Below are positions 50,874 to 63,054 of a DNA stretch of 64,000 bases, piece by piece. The stretch is from the NCBI RefSeq assembly GCF_037042905.1, contig NC_087250.1, positions 16,618,001 to 16,682,000 on the forward strand. The letters run 5' to 3'. The stretch comes from Lytechinus pictus (lineage: Eukaryota). The position numbers were made by a program, and so were the translations under genes. The number at the start of each line of letters is the position of its first letter. Within the stretch, counting starts at the first letter, position 1. Below the pieces are notes generated by a model. It was not told the DNA's origin. It searched no databases and worked only from the letters and a program-made list of their open reading frames with translations.

Positions 50874-52589
50874 ATGGCATCGAAATCCAAAGCGGATAGA
50901 GATGAAACGGACAGGCTCCCCAAAAGAAAATGCCGAGGGATAACATGGTCATGTGATGTACATGGTGAGCCAGTCAGATTTTACTGCACAGAATCCGAAA
51001 TCGCTCTCTGCAATTCGTGCGCTAGTACCGAAATGTTCAACAATCAGAATGAAGATCAGCTCAGAAGCATCGAGGATATCATCATAGATCGGAGGAAACG
51101 GTTGGATGACAAACTGCGAAAGACAGAGGAGATGGATAGGGAACTAATGGTGGTCGAGACTGAAATCGAGTCCACTGAAATTTCTGCAAAGAATCATCTT
51201 CAGACAGTCGGCGACCGTCTAATCGCATCGTTCGCAGGGTCGAGGAGCGTGCTTGAGAAAGTAAAGGATGATGAGATAAAACGAATAAAAGAAAGGATGA
51301 AATGGTTGAAGGAGACCGACGAGAAGGCGGGAGAAGAAATCAAGACCTGGAATGCTCAGATGGAACAGGAGCTTAGAGTCAGCGAGCAGAGAGAAGCAAA
51401 CCTTCTGTCTGAGCTGAAGAATATCGGCGAGATCGTTTGTAAAAATATCAAAGATCTTACTAACAAGACTCAATATGCACGGCACACTGCGAAGAACATG
51501 GCGTCAACCATCACACGTATAATTCATCATGATAAATCATCGGTGAATGAAGCTCCTCATGTAATTGCATCCATTGATGGAAATCTATGTGTGGAAGACC
51601 ATCGTGATATTAGGGAACGTCTAGGTCGGTTACAACGTGAGGTTGAGAAGGTGGATTTCTTTGTTGGAACAGCAGGCGGGAGAGAGTATTCAAGAATCGA
51701 TGGCTATGTAGGCGAATGGGAACTTGTTAAGACTATCACGATCCCATCTGTTCTTAATTATCAATTTTTGCGTAGAGTCGATGATGATAAGATATGCGTA
51801 AAAGAGCGTTACAATGGGGAAGATAATATCACCACGTATGTTACAAACATCAACACCGGACAAATAGAGGAAATTATCGAAGACAACTGTAAGGAAATTG
51901 TATCATGCACTGCCTTAGGCAACGATCTCATAGTATGTGGTAATTACAGATGGGCCGATGAAATCATGCATAAACAGCACATGATTTGGATGCTAGGTGG
52001 GCTCATAACAATCTATGACAAGCAATGGAATAAGATAAGAGATATCAGCATCCCCGCCTGTGACAATGACTACCCTGGGGACCCTTGGAACAAAGTGGTT
52101 CTGGATGTTGACCGGAATGACATGATCATCGCTGCTCAGTATAATCAGCCAAATGTCTACGTCATCAACCCCCACGACGGAGGCATCGAAAATACTTTTA
52201 CATTTGAGAGTAAACGTGTTTTAGGTATAGACGCCTTGTCATCAGGTAACATCGCTGTGCGCACCGGCCCAGATGAAGTAACTATCATCTCAGAAGAGGG
52301 ACAAGAGATGTCTGCCGTTCGCTGGGATCATCACGGATGGTTCATGACATTTTGCGCCTTTGACAAGATTACAGAAATAGCTTACTTCGGGCCCGACGAA
52401 CCTTCGGAACCGTCTGCCGAGGTCAGTGATGTTCAGGAAGTCATCATCCAGGCTAAGATGCTCGATAAATCCGGAAAATCTAGTGACACCCAGCTCCCGA
52501 GGGGATGTCGACTTGTGACTCCTTCTGGCAACCTAGTAGGCTGTGATGGAGACAAACTCGTGGTGTACAAAAAGAAATTTAGCGTCTAG
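50874..52589 (+). CDS. TRIM-like protein lacking RING: degenerate B-box, coiled coil, C-terminal beta-propeller (NHL-like); 571 aa in one coding exon
   Basis: CDVHGEPVRFYCTESEIALCNSC B-box-like motif, long E/K/R-rich helical region, propeller-like repeats (VLDVDRNDMIIAA, GIDALSSGNIAV). Acceptor TCTTCTCATTGCAG| at 50850 and good Kozak context ATCATGG. Confidence 0.8.
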   Translation: MASKSKADRDETDRLPKRKCRGITWSCDVHGEPVRFYCTESEIALCNSCASTEMFNNQNEDQLRSIEDIIIDRRKRLDDKLRKTEEMDRELMVVETEIESTEISAKNHLQTVGDRLIASFAGSRSVLEKVKDDEIKRIKERMKWLKETDEKAGEEIKTWNAQMEQELRVSEQREANLLSELKNIGEIVCKNIKDLTNKTQYARHTAKNMASTITRIIHHDKSSVNEAPHVIASIDGNLCVEDHRDIRERLGRLQREVEKVDFFVGTAGGREYSRIDGYVGEWELVKTITIPSVLNYQFLRRVDDDKICVKERYNGEDNITTYVTNINTGQIEEIIEDNCKEIVSCTALGNDLIVCGNYRWADEIMHKQHMIWMLGGLITIYDKQWNKIRDISIPACDNDYPGDPWNKVVLDVDRNDMIIAAQYNQPNVYVINPHDGGIENTFTFESKRVLGIDALSSGNIAVRTGPDEVTIISEEGQEMSAVRWDHHGWFMTFCAFDKITEIAYFGPDEPSEPSAEVSDVQEVIIQAKMLDKSGKSSDTQLPRGCRLVTPSGNLVGCDGDKLVVYKKKFSV

Positions 52590-54776
52590 ATCATTTCAAC
52601 AGAATTAACTTTTACTGGTGATGAACTTAAAGTGCATTTCGGCTGGTTGATATGTTTAATGTTGAAAAAACGACATAGTAATTATTCATTTAGATACCGA
52701 TAGTTTTATCATTTAATTTTTCGTCGTAGATTTAAATTTGAAGAAAAAAAAATGGGTGGCGATACATTTTGGGTGATACCCTCCTCCTTAGGATTTAAGT
52801 AGTCAAATGAAATGAATGAGGGGAAGAAAATGAGGGTAATTTATAGAAAAGGAAGAAAATGTAAAAGGGGGAGATCTATAGCTGTCAACATTACCCAACA
52901 TGATGAACAGACGTACACATGCATGAAAACGGGTGTCGCGTGAAAGAATTTCGCACACGAAAAGCACATCTATAGGGCCTGTATCACAAAGCTTAGCAAT
53001 GAATGTAGAACAGTTTTCTATGATTGATTCCATTGATTATAATCTACAATTACTCGTGAAAATCGAATGTACGATTAATCGTAAATTTTTGTGTTAGGGG
53101 ACCCTAATCTTATCGTCCCTGAGGTTTGCAAAAGGTGGCTAATATATTATTTTGGAGCCTCTCCTGATTTTTAAACGATATTTATATGGCTTCATTTGAT
53201 TTTTATTTAAGTATGATACATAATATTCAAATCAATGATTTACATACCTTATGATATGGTGTTTACTGATTTTTGTACTTTGCTTCGCAATCATTGGTAA
53301 TATGGCACAATGATCAAATATGTCAAGCACAGGAGAATTGTGGTGCATAATAGTATTTTAGCCCTGGTTGGTATAGTCACGAATTGTTATTATGTTGCGT
53401 TTTCCGTCACGAGATGGAAAAATTTATTTTCGATATTTAAATGTACTTGATAAGGCAATAATGGATCTATCTTTGGATTAGAGAAAGGATTGCACAACAT
53501 CTCAGCCCCTCCCACCTCCCCCCCAAAAAAAAAAAAAATTATGATAAAAAGATAAAATTTTTAAAATCCCGCAAAGTAAAACATGACCCAGACCGTTCTA
53601 TGTGTCCCTGTTCTATCTTTATTTTATTTTTCATCTTTTATACTCTTGAAACATCAATGTGATGATCACTTATTTAGCCTCTCCCCCCACTGTTAGAAAA
53701 AGAATGCGAATTTGAAAAAATTTTCCCCTTAGTTTGAACCCTCAAGAAAAAAGGGTTCCCAAAGTTAAAGAGGGTGGTACTTGTTTTGCTCCTATATTTT
53801 ATATAATAAATGTGCTATGAATGTATTGAGTATATAAATTGGCGTGTTATCATTCAAGAAAGCCTCTACAGTATAAAAGACTCCACTGCTTAGAATGCTG
53901 AATTAGGCTGGAATGATGTGAGGAGTTGAGTACTTGAGATGGCGCTATTAAGACAATATTTGGTTCGTTTCTTCTTTAAAGGCTCCAAATACGGGTCAAG
54001 CATATAGAACCCAGTTAAAATTGTACAAGACTCATTTAAAGGAAATTCATAACTTCGTTTTTGCATTTTCCATTTCACTTTTATCTTTGGCTAGCATATA
54101 CCGTTACGTTTGCGAACTTAACTTACAATAATATAAAGCAATACGTGTATTGTGGGTTTTAATCCAGAAATCGTTTCAAGCGTGTTGAGTGAAATTATTT
54201 GCATTGTATCCTTTTATTATTGTTGTTTACAGTTTTAATGAATATATGAACTATCATTGGCTATCTAATAAATGAATGATAAAAAAAATAAATGAATAAT
54301 TCATCATCATTCAAAGAGGATTTTTAAAACAGAATTTTTTTATTGAAATCGAGGGAGAACGAGTGATGGGTAAGGGAGGGGGTAATGAAGAAGAGAGAAG
54401 GAAAAAAAAAAAAAAAAGGGCGGGAGAGAGGAGGATGGTAATGAGCAAAAAAGATACGATGTTGCAGTCGTTTGGATTTGAGGTCAAAGGGAATGCAAAA
54501 CTGTGCATAGTGTGTCAAACTGGGCACTGTCTTTCATGTAAAGAGTTGCAATTGATCCAATTAACCACAACTAGGGGAATTAGCCCCCTACGGTGACATT
54601 TAAAATACGAGTCATATTTGTTCAAAATGTAACATTCAACGTTGTCTCAACAATTCAGTCTGAAGCCTCTTTGTTATATCCAATTTTATATTCACATGAT
54701 AGAGTAGTACATCCTGACAATTTAGTTTCGCATAAGAATATTGCAATATGGGAAAATAAAAAACATGATTTTTCTC

Positions 54777-56108
54777 CCCAGAAGGAAAAACCAGTTCCAC
54801 TGGACCAGTTAGACAAGTATAATTTTAACTGGTAACTCTGGAAATTGGAACATCGGTTTACTGGTCTAACTGGTCATACTGGTCCAGTTAAAATTTTACT
54901 GGTCCAGTTAAAAATTAAACTGGTCTTGAATTACTGGAATTTTATACTGGTCTTGTTTCTGGTGGTTGTTACTGGTCTCACTGGTCTTCATACTGGTATC
55001 CAATTCAAGCTGGTTTTTACTGGTATTTTCTACTGGTCCTCAAACTGGTCGAACTGGTCCTCGTACTGGTCTTACTGGATCAATTTATTACATGCATTTG
55101 GTTTGTTATATACCATTGTCAGTGAAATGTGATGGAAAAGATGGTTAGTAAATTAATTTTTCTGCTGTTATTTTAAATGTGATATATGAAATTACACATT
55201 TTCATTGTGAATTAGTTCACACACTTATTTGGAAAGTTTTTAAACAACAATGAGTGCCATTGCAAGGATATGCCATTCTAAATCCTGATTTTTCTTTTTA
55301 AAATAGGAAATATGCAAATGAGGTTAACCACGTGATCAGCATCATCAGAATTACTGGTAGTACTGGTCTTGACCAGTTTAATTTCAAACAATGAATTACT
55401 TTAGACCAGTTGACTATATTAGAGGAATATATCTTGCTTTGATCTTAATCATAATTAAAGGAAATAATTATTTTAATGATAATGTTAATACTTGATAATT
55501 ATGATAATATTAATAATTATTATTACAATATCGATAACAATGATAACAGTAATAAGAATGATGACAACAATTTTGATCATAATAATCATAATAATAATAA
55601 TTATGATAATTATAAGAAGAATGATGATAACAATGATAACGATAATAACTTTCTCTGAATTGCAAAATTCATTTTCCATAATTCGTCAAATGATCTGACT
55701 TGAAATAAAGTCATTATTTATTGGACCAGTAACACCAGTTTGATGAAAAACAATTTAATTGGTATTACTACTTTGCTTCAACTGGAATGCAATTGTTTGA
55801 ACTGGTCTCCAGTTGATTTTTACTGGTCCAGTTAAAAATCAACTGGTCCAGTAAACATAATACTGGAAACCAGTAAAAATCTACTGGAAACCATTTATTG
55901 GACCAGAAACACCAGTTTGATGAAAAACAATTTAACTGGTATTACTAATTGCTTCAACTGGAATGCAATTGTTGGAACTGGTCTCCAGTTTATTTTTACT
56001 GGTCCAGTTAAAAATCAACTGGCCCAGTAAAAATATACTGGAAACCAGTAAAATTCTACTGGAAACCAGTAAAAATTCTTACTGGTCTTACTGGTTTTTC
56101 CTTCTGGG
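54777..56108. mobile_element. EnSpm/CMC-like non-autonomous element with ACTGG subterminal repeats
   Basis: TIR CCCAGAAGGAAAAACCAGT / ACTGGTTTTTCCTTCTGGG with 2-bp TSD TC. Dozens of ACTGG/CCAGT motifs. Confidence 0.8.
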
Positions 56109-58026
56109 TCGGACCCCTTTTGCAACCAAACTCTATGTAGACCTGTACGTCCTGTTAAGTTGTGTACAATTGTATGTTATAACAGTTCAGAATGATTCAG
56201 TCTATTTTTCTTCAATATGTTCGGGTTTTTTTAACCAGTGTACCTGGTGAATCAAATCAATCAATAATTTGCATCGCATACATCCTTCCTTCACCTTATG
56301 CCACTTATGCGAAGACAGTTAAAAAAGAATCGATGGGGTCTTTTTATTTGTCTTTCTTCACTCACAAAAGCTGGTTTTACCAATCAATACTACGTATAGA
56401 CGCACCTATAACACCTATAAGTATAACCTATAATAGCAACTATAGCATCAGTCACACATGTGCAACGTCTTTCTGTAGCCTACCCCACATCTATACTCTT
56501 CTGGTTGAACATTAACAATGTTATCGCTAACATGAACTGCTTGAAGTTCAACCAACGCACCGCCAAGCTTCATCCAATATCGATCTGCCACAAGCTTCGA
56601 TGAGAACCAACGCACTTTACGTAGTAGCTAGTAGGGTAAGTAGAGCCTATACATATGTTTGTTTGAATTTAGTTCCTTACCCTATTCCTCTACAAGCTTC
56701 TATGGGTCATTTTCTAACAAGTGTTATTCTGAGGAACGAGTATGATGGACTGAGCGGGCGGAAGGGTGTGGTGGGCCTGCGTGAAGACTTATCGAGCATA
56801 GAATTCAATAATGAGGAGTATAAGCCTATATGCCTATATAAAAAGTGTAATTATTATTATTGTCATGATTATTCTTGTTATTATTATTATTCTTATTGTT
56901 ATTGGTATTATTTCCCTTGTCCACAACTTGGTGTTCTGTTGGTATATCAAACAGCAACCGGACTTCTTCCAGAAATCTAGGGTTATTGTTCTATAATTAT
57001 AATATCAAATGGGTCCTCTTCTCATTGTTATTATTATTGTTGTTATTATCATTTTTGGTTTTATTATTATTATTGTAATAGTTATTATTATCATAATTAT
57101 TAATATTATTATTATCATCATCATCATCATAATCATCATTTGTAGAAGAAACAATTTTGATTTGTTTGGGTGTGGGTGCTTATTTGAGTATTCTATCAGC
57201 CAATCTATTCGAATGACATGGGCCTGGTGTGAAAAAAAAGAGAAAAAAAGCTTTACAAAATGAAGGTGATTTTTGTCTGAAAAAATGTATGACAAAAAGC
57301 AAAAGAATAAAGGATTCAATCTGCTGCAAAATGAAGGCGATTTTAGTCAAATTTCCACATTTTAGCACCCCCCCAAAAAAAAAACAGGGGGTGCTGCCTA
57401 TGGTGTATGACGTACGCATGCAGCCCCCCCCCCCCCCCCCGAATAAGTTAGGGGGTACTTCATCTCCCGCTTCCCAGGAATATGTTGAAAATGTTGAATG
57501 AATATATTGATTTCAGGATCTTAAAACTGTTAATTGCAAAACTTATTATAACAAGTGTTATGAAACGGATCCGTGATGAAGGGATTCAATATGTTAAGCG
57601 CCCACCTCTCTCATTATAAACAGTAATACATGATAGAATGCACGATAATTTAGTCATGTTCCCTTTGGTCTATTTTTCAGATGGAGATGTTTATTTACCA
57701 GGCATGGTAGCAGCTCATTACCGAGCATCGTGCGAAATATACTGTAGCACTGGAACTGGATCAATTTGACTAGTTTTTGATCGACTGATGCTCTTTTGGA
57801 CGACAGCACAGATTGAAAGAGATTGTAGCCATTGGATTCCGAAGCATTGCTATAACTTTCAACAAGGAAATATTCCCCGCGAAAAAATAGCCAAAACTGT
57901 AAGGACGCTTGAATAATTCAAATATACATTCTCTAATAACATATAGTCAGTCGCAGATGCGAATGACAAGAGAACCATCCAAGTAGGGTACTTAAAGGCA
58001 GGTACCAAGATTGTCAATTATACACC

Positions 58027-59118
58027 ATGAGAAGACAAAGAAGAAAGATCCTCCTGACGATTGGCTGTTTTGTTGGTGCGATTCTTCTTCTCATGACTCT
58101 TGACTACCTTGGAGAGGGAGATTTGGGAGAGGACGAAGGCGGCGAATCTCTTTCTTCCATCAGGTTTTTATCGCTTTTCTTTAGCAGAAGGAATCATCCA
58201 GGAGTGTCCAAAGACAGCGACATCACATGTTACTTCTTTCAGAGATGGCGACCCGAAGAACCCCTGTCTCAGCCAGAACTTGACGCCAGGCAATGTCAGA
58301 AGCGAATGCCACATGGACTTGTTGTAGGAGTCAAGAAGGGTGGAACAACCGCCATGGCAAGGTATCTGGGCTTACACCCAAAGGTATCTTTCTCCCGTTC
58401 CGTCCAACCTGGTCCGGACATCACTGACGCAACAATGGCCAAGTGGAAGGAGACCTTCCGACTGACGTCCGCATATCAGATGCCAGTCACAGGATATCCG
58501 GGTCTCTTCAGCGGCATGCAACCGCAACTGCTGCAGATGTTGAGGAAACATCTTCCTGCGGATATCAAGTTGATCCTGATGCTCCGGGACCCAGTGGAGC
58601 GGTTGGTGTCTGACTTCGTGCATACGGCGACCATTGCCGACCGCTACCAAGGAGAGGAGAGGAAGAATTTTGAAGAACTCGAGGGGTTCAAAGGAACCCT
58701 TCACGCTACTGTGTTGGATGATCTCGGTCACGTGAATCCCTTCGCTTCAATAGTCCGCCTAGGAATGTACGCCATGGACTTGAGGGCGCTTTACCAACAG
58801 ATACCTGAGGAAAGAGTTCTAATAGTCGACGGTAACGAATTTAAGAAAGACCCATTTCCGATCTTGATTCAAGTGGAACGTTTTTTAGAACTGCCCCCAT
58901 TTTTCAAGCGTGATCACTTCCAGTACAACACAAACAAACATTTTTATTGCGCGAATATTGAAAGCAGGCCCGACGTGAAATGTCTGAACTCGCAGAAGGG
59001 CCGAAAGCACCCGAAGATTTCCGATGCAGTCATCGACAAGTTGTACGATTTCTACCGTCCCCGCAATCAGGAACTTAAAAGTGATTTCGGTTTGAACTTT
59101 TCCTGGATAGACCTCTGA
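58027..59118 (+). CDS. Heparan sulfate glucosamine 3-O-sulfotransferase-like protein (HS3ST family, divergent), 363 aa in one coding exon
   Basis: N-terminal RRQRRK plus TM segment, 5'-PSB GVKKGGT, 3'-PB LRDPVERLVSDF, C-terminal FYC...CL.SQKGRKHP. Possible 5' UTR intron 56636-57680 (GTAAGT...TTTTTCAG). Confidence 0.9.
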   Translation: MRRQRRKILLTIGCFVGAILLLMTLDYLGEGDLGEDEGGESLSSIRFLSLFFSRRNHPGVSKDSDITCYFFQRWRPEEPLSQPELDARQCQKRMPHGLVVGVKKGGTTAMARYLGLHPKVSFSRSVQPGPDITDATMAKWKETFRLTSAYQMPVTGYPGLFSGMQPQLLQMLRKHLPADIKLILMLRDPVERLVSDFVHTATIADRYQGEERKNFEELEGFKGTLHATVLDDLGHVNPFASIVRLGMYAMDLRALYQQIPEERVLIVDGNEFKKDPFPILIQVERFLELPPFFKRDHFQYNTNKHFYCANIESRPDVKCLNSQKGRKHPKISDAVIDKLYDFYRPRNQELKSDFGLNFSWIDL

Positions 59119-61482
59119 TGCCAATCTCGTTTTTAGTGTTCGAGTCACGCTATAGTGCACCATCTGCTCATTAACCCGTTGGACACTAACACGTGCTTTC
59201 CATAGACTCAATCTCCAACGGTTTAATACACAGTGCAGAAATTGAGCCAATATTTGCCAAAGGGTAATGCCAGCTTTTTAACCCCTCTCCAAAAAAGAGA
59301 GATGAATATGAATAAATAAATAGATGAATAAACAAATAATTTTATCTCGAATTTCAAAAAGACAAGTAAAACAAATGATAATAACCATTCTCATTGATCG
59401 AGTTATTCCGTAATGAAAATGACAAACAATAATAATAATTAAAAAAGGAATAATAATTATTACTTCTCTCATCATCTTACTCTCTTTTTCCTCCCCTCCC
59501 TTCTCGGGGGGGGGGGTCGTTTCATAAAAGTTGTTACAATAATAACTTTGCAATAACAGTGAAAAGCTTCTAAAATCCTTATATCTGATTGGCTGATAGT
59601 AATTCAGTTATAGAAATTGTGTATTTGTAATTATAGCAAGTCTTTTTATGAAACGGGACCCTATACGTTACACTCTTGACAAATTTATTCAAATCATTTG
59701 AGTAGGTAGTCTCTAGATTCCAATGATCGAAAATAAATCCAGATCGGCTGTGAATAGTGATCAGTCGAATATTAGATTTAGATATAAACCTTGTGGATAT
59801 AAATCTTTTCCTTGTTTGAATATAGATCTTTTCAGATTTAAAAGCCAATCCTTTAGATCGAAAATAAATCCAATATTCGGCTGGTCATTATTTACGGCTG
59901 ATTTGGATGTATTTTAAATACTTGAAATTTAGAGTGTATTTTGAAAGTAGTGCACTCATTTCTAATTTCTACTTTTAAATCGAGCATTATTTGAAAAATA
60001 TCATTTATTCGTTCAAATGAAAAGACATGTGAATCTTTATGCCAAGAAACCTCTATTGATTTTTTATATACGTAAATGACTCAGTTTAATATTCAAAGCT
60101 GCATCTATTTGATTTTTTTAATTGCATAAAGAGCGTACGTTGCTTTTATTTTGTTATTTGCTTATGTGAGGATATTAAACGTTATTAAAATCATTATGGA
60201 TTTTAAGCTTACACTTATGTCATTTTTTATATTACAGAATGGGTTCCATGACATTTACTCCAAAGACAATTGCTCCGGTCAGTTTTGGAGGTATAGAAAT
60301 TTAACCCCCAAAACTAAATATCTTGACCTCATTCTAAACCCAAAACTCTATACAATCATAACTCTACCGTTTGCCCTCTGATATTTTAAGACTGGAGTAA
60401 ATGCCGCAGGAGCAAATGTCGTGTCGCCTACAGATGATTTAAGACATCGAGTCAGATGAAGGAAGTGTGGCAGAAGGGATGAAATTAAAGGGGGGTGGTT
60501 CTCCCTAACGATGAATTGGTCCCGGGAGGGGGGGGGGAGCGAGACAAATTGCTGGAATACGGGACTGTCCCTTGAAAGCTGGTCACCCTGGACACGGAGG
60601 ATTCTGAGAGAGAGTGAGGGAGAGAGAGAAAGAGAAAAAAGAAGGACGGCGATTTACAAAGGGAGATATAAGAGAGGAAGAGAGGGGAGAGACAGATGAG
60701 CAAACGAAGCGAAACCAAGAGGGGAATTAAGAGTTATTGTAAAAAAATTAAAAAAAAATAGCGGTCAGGTCATCACGGTTTTTTAACAGTGAATATAAAT
60801 AAGATTACAAATTTTTAGAATTATTACAAATGAAGTTAACTGCCCAATTTCTCTTACATAACAATGTGAAAACAGGAAAAAATATATCGGTCGACAAATA
60901 AAACAGATTTGGTAAAATATGGCTTTTTCCCTGAACAGAACAAAAATAATATCTTTCGCACATAACTGTGCAAGAAAAAATGGATAAAAGGTTATTTTAA
61001 AGGAAAGTTATTTTCCCTAAATTGTCCCTACAAACTCAATTTACGTACCCCCATACCCCCTCATCTCTCTCCCCAGACACTCACACATTCTCACTTTAAA
61101 ACCCACCACCACCAAAAACTACCCCCCCCCCTTTTCTGTTACAAGACTCACACATCCCTCTACTCACGTACACTATCCCGGTCCTTGTAACACAAAGGTT
61201 AGCGATTGATCATACGCTTGATCTTTACGATTGATCGTACATTGTATAGTCTATGGAATCAATCGTAGAAAAATGTTCTAAGCGATGATTGCTAAGTTTT
61301 GTGTAATACGGGCCCCTGCTCTGGTAGAGCCGTCTGTATTGATCAAATAAACAAAGCAAAACAAAAACAAAATTGAATCAACCAATACATTCATAGTATT
61401 AAGACAGGTATGTATTGATCTGTTCACCTCAGCATCCCCTTTTTAAACGCTATTTAAAATTCCGTATCTCTATATTCTGTAA

Positions 61483-62077
61483 AGGACAAGTCCACTCCAA
61501 CAAAAAGTTGATTTGAATAAAAAGAGAAAAATCCAACAAGCATAACACTAAAATTTCATCAAAATCGGATGTAAAATAAGAAAGTTATGACAATTTAAAG
61601 TTTCGCTTAATTTCACAAAACTGTTATATGCACATCCTGGCTGGTATGCAAATGAGGAGACCATGACGTCATCCACTCACTATTTGTTTTGTATTTTATT
61701 ATATGAAATATGAAATATTCTAATTTTCTTCTCATTTGCAAGTGATGCAGCGATTAATTCCTCCCTGAACATGTGCAATTAGCATTGTTTAATACTATAT
61801 GGTTTAGTCAAGTTGGTCCGTATTGTCAAATCTATAAAAAATGAAATATTGTATAATTCAAACGATAAAAAACAAAAGAAATAGTCACGGTGAGTGATTG
61901 ACATCATCGACTGACTCATCTAGTTGTGCATATCACTGTTTTGTGGAAAATAAGCGAAACTTTAACATGACATAATTTTCTTATTTTACATCTGATTTTG
62001 ATGAAATTTTCAGCACATGCTAAATTGATTTTTCTCTATTTATTCAAGTCAGCATTTGTCTGGGGTGGACTTGACCT
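61483..62077. mobile_element. Kolobok-like MITE
   Basis: Inverted ends TAAAGGACAAGTCCAC / GTGGACTTGACCTTTA with further internal inverted homology. Confidence 0.7.
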
Positions 62078-62970
62078 TTAACCAAATTTGTCACTTTCTG
62101 TACGGTTGGCAATATTCCCTTCTTTCTTGAACTGAAAGTAATATACTTAACTAAAAACATAATTCAATTTATCAAAGATACTCTTGTAGTATTTTTTGGT
62201 TAGATATCCCATAAAATTGTTTTCCAACTGTCACTGCCAAGTTGATTCAGTTGATATATTTTACTAATTTCTTCCCATAATCGCTTGACCATGTTAACTT
62301 CGATTAGGACAATACAAAATAAATGTTGGTAAGATTCAACTTCATTTTACTAAAGTAAAAAAAAAATGATCCGTCTCAAAACCAAATTTCAAAAGTTCCC
62401 TTTTCGTGTATACAGCCCCTAATTCTTTGCGTTTATTGCATAGCATTGCACATTTCAGTCTCCGTCAGAAATACTTCTTTTAATTCTCCTGGCCATTCCC
62501 AGATCATACTCGGATTGCCCATCTGTAACATGAAATACTAAATCATTTTGAAATTTGTCAATGAAGCGATCATATATTCGTCTAAATTTTATATCACATA
62601 GCTTCTGAACACGCCCAAATATCATAAACTCAATTTCAAAGTTGTCTATATCCATTTCCATAATTCACCTTGAAGGCCTATCAACTCTTCTGTTATTACT
62701 GAAAATATATTTTTTTCTGAGCAAGTTTTCAGATGAAAATTTCAAATTATACCAGTATGAAACTGGTCTTGATTGACCTTCAACATTATATCTGAGACCT
62801 TAAGTATACCTTTCTGAAATAATTCAATAAAAAAGGGTCTTATTATTGAGACATATACGCTTATTAAAATAATGGGATTACAAAAAAGGGAGTTCGTAGT
62901 AAAAAAACATATTTACTACTCTTGGAGTTTTGACATAGCGCCATCTATCGTTCATATTTAGTAATTCATC

Positions 62971-63054
62971 ATGGCAGATACAACGAAGCCAGCCGAACAG
63001 AAACCGGAGCCGAAAAATGACAAGAAAACAGAGGATGAAAAGGAGCAAGATTTG
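62971..63054 (+). CDS. PSMD2: Probable first coding exon, resembling the N-terminus of 26S proteasome non-ATPase subunit 2 (Rpn1); gene continues beyond the window
   Basis: ATCATGG Kozak context, then MADTTKPAEQKPEPKNDKKTEDEKEQDL and |GTAAAA donor. KEQDL resembles the PSMD2 KEQEL that precedes SEED. Only 28 codons are visible. Confidence 0.45.

Noticed and set aside
55476..57319. Ile-, Asn- or Tyr-rich ORFs (also 22468-22722, 27088-27306, 49872-50090)
   Set aside because: These are translations of (ATT/ATC)n microsatellite tracts.
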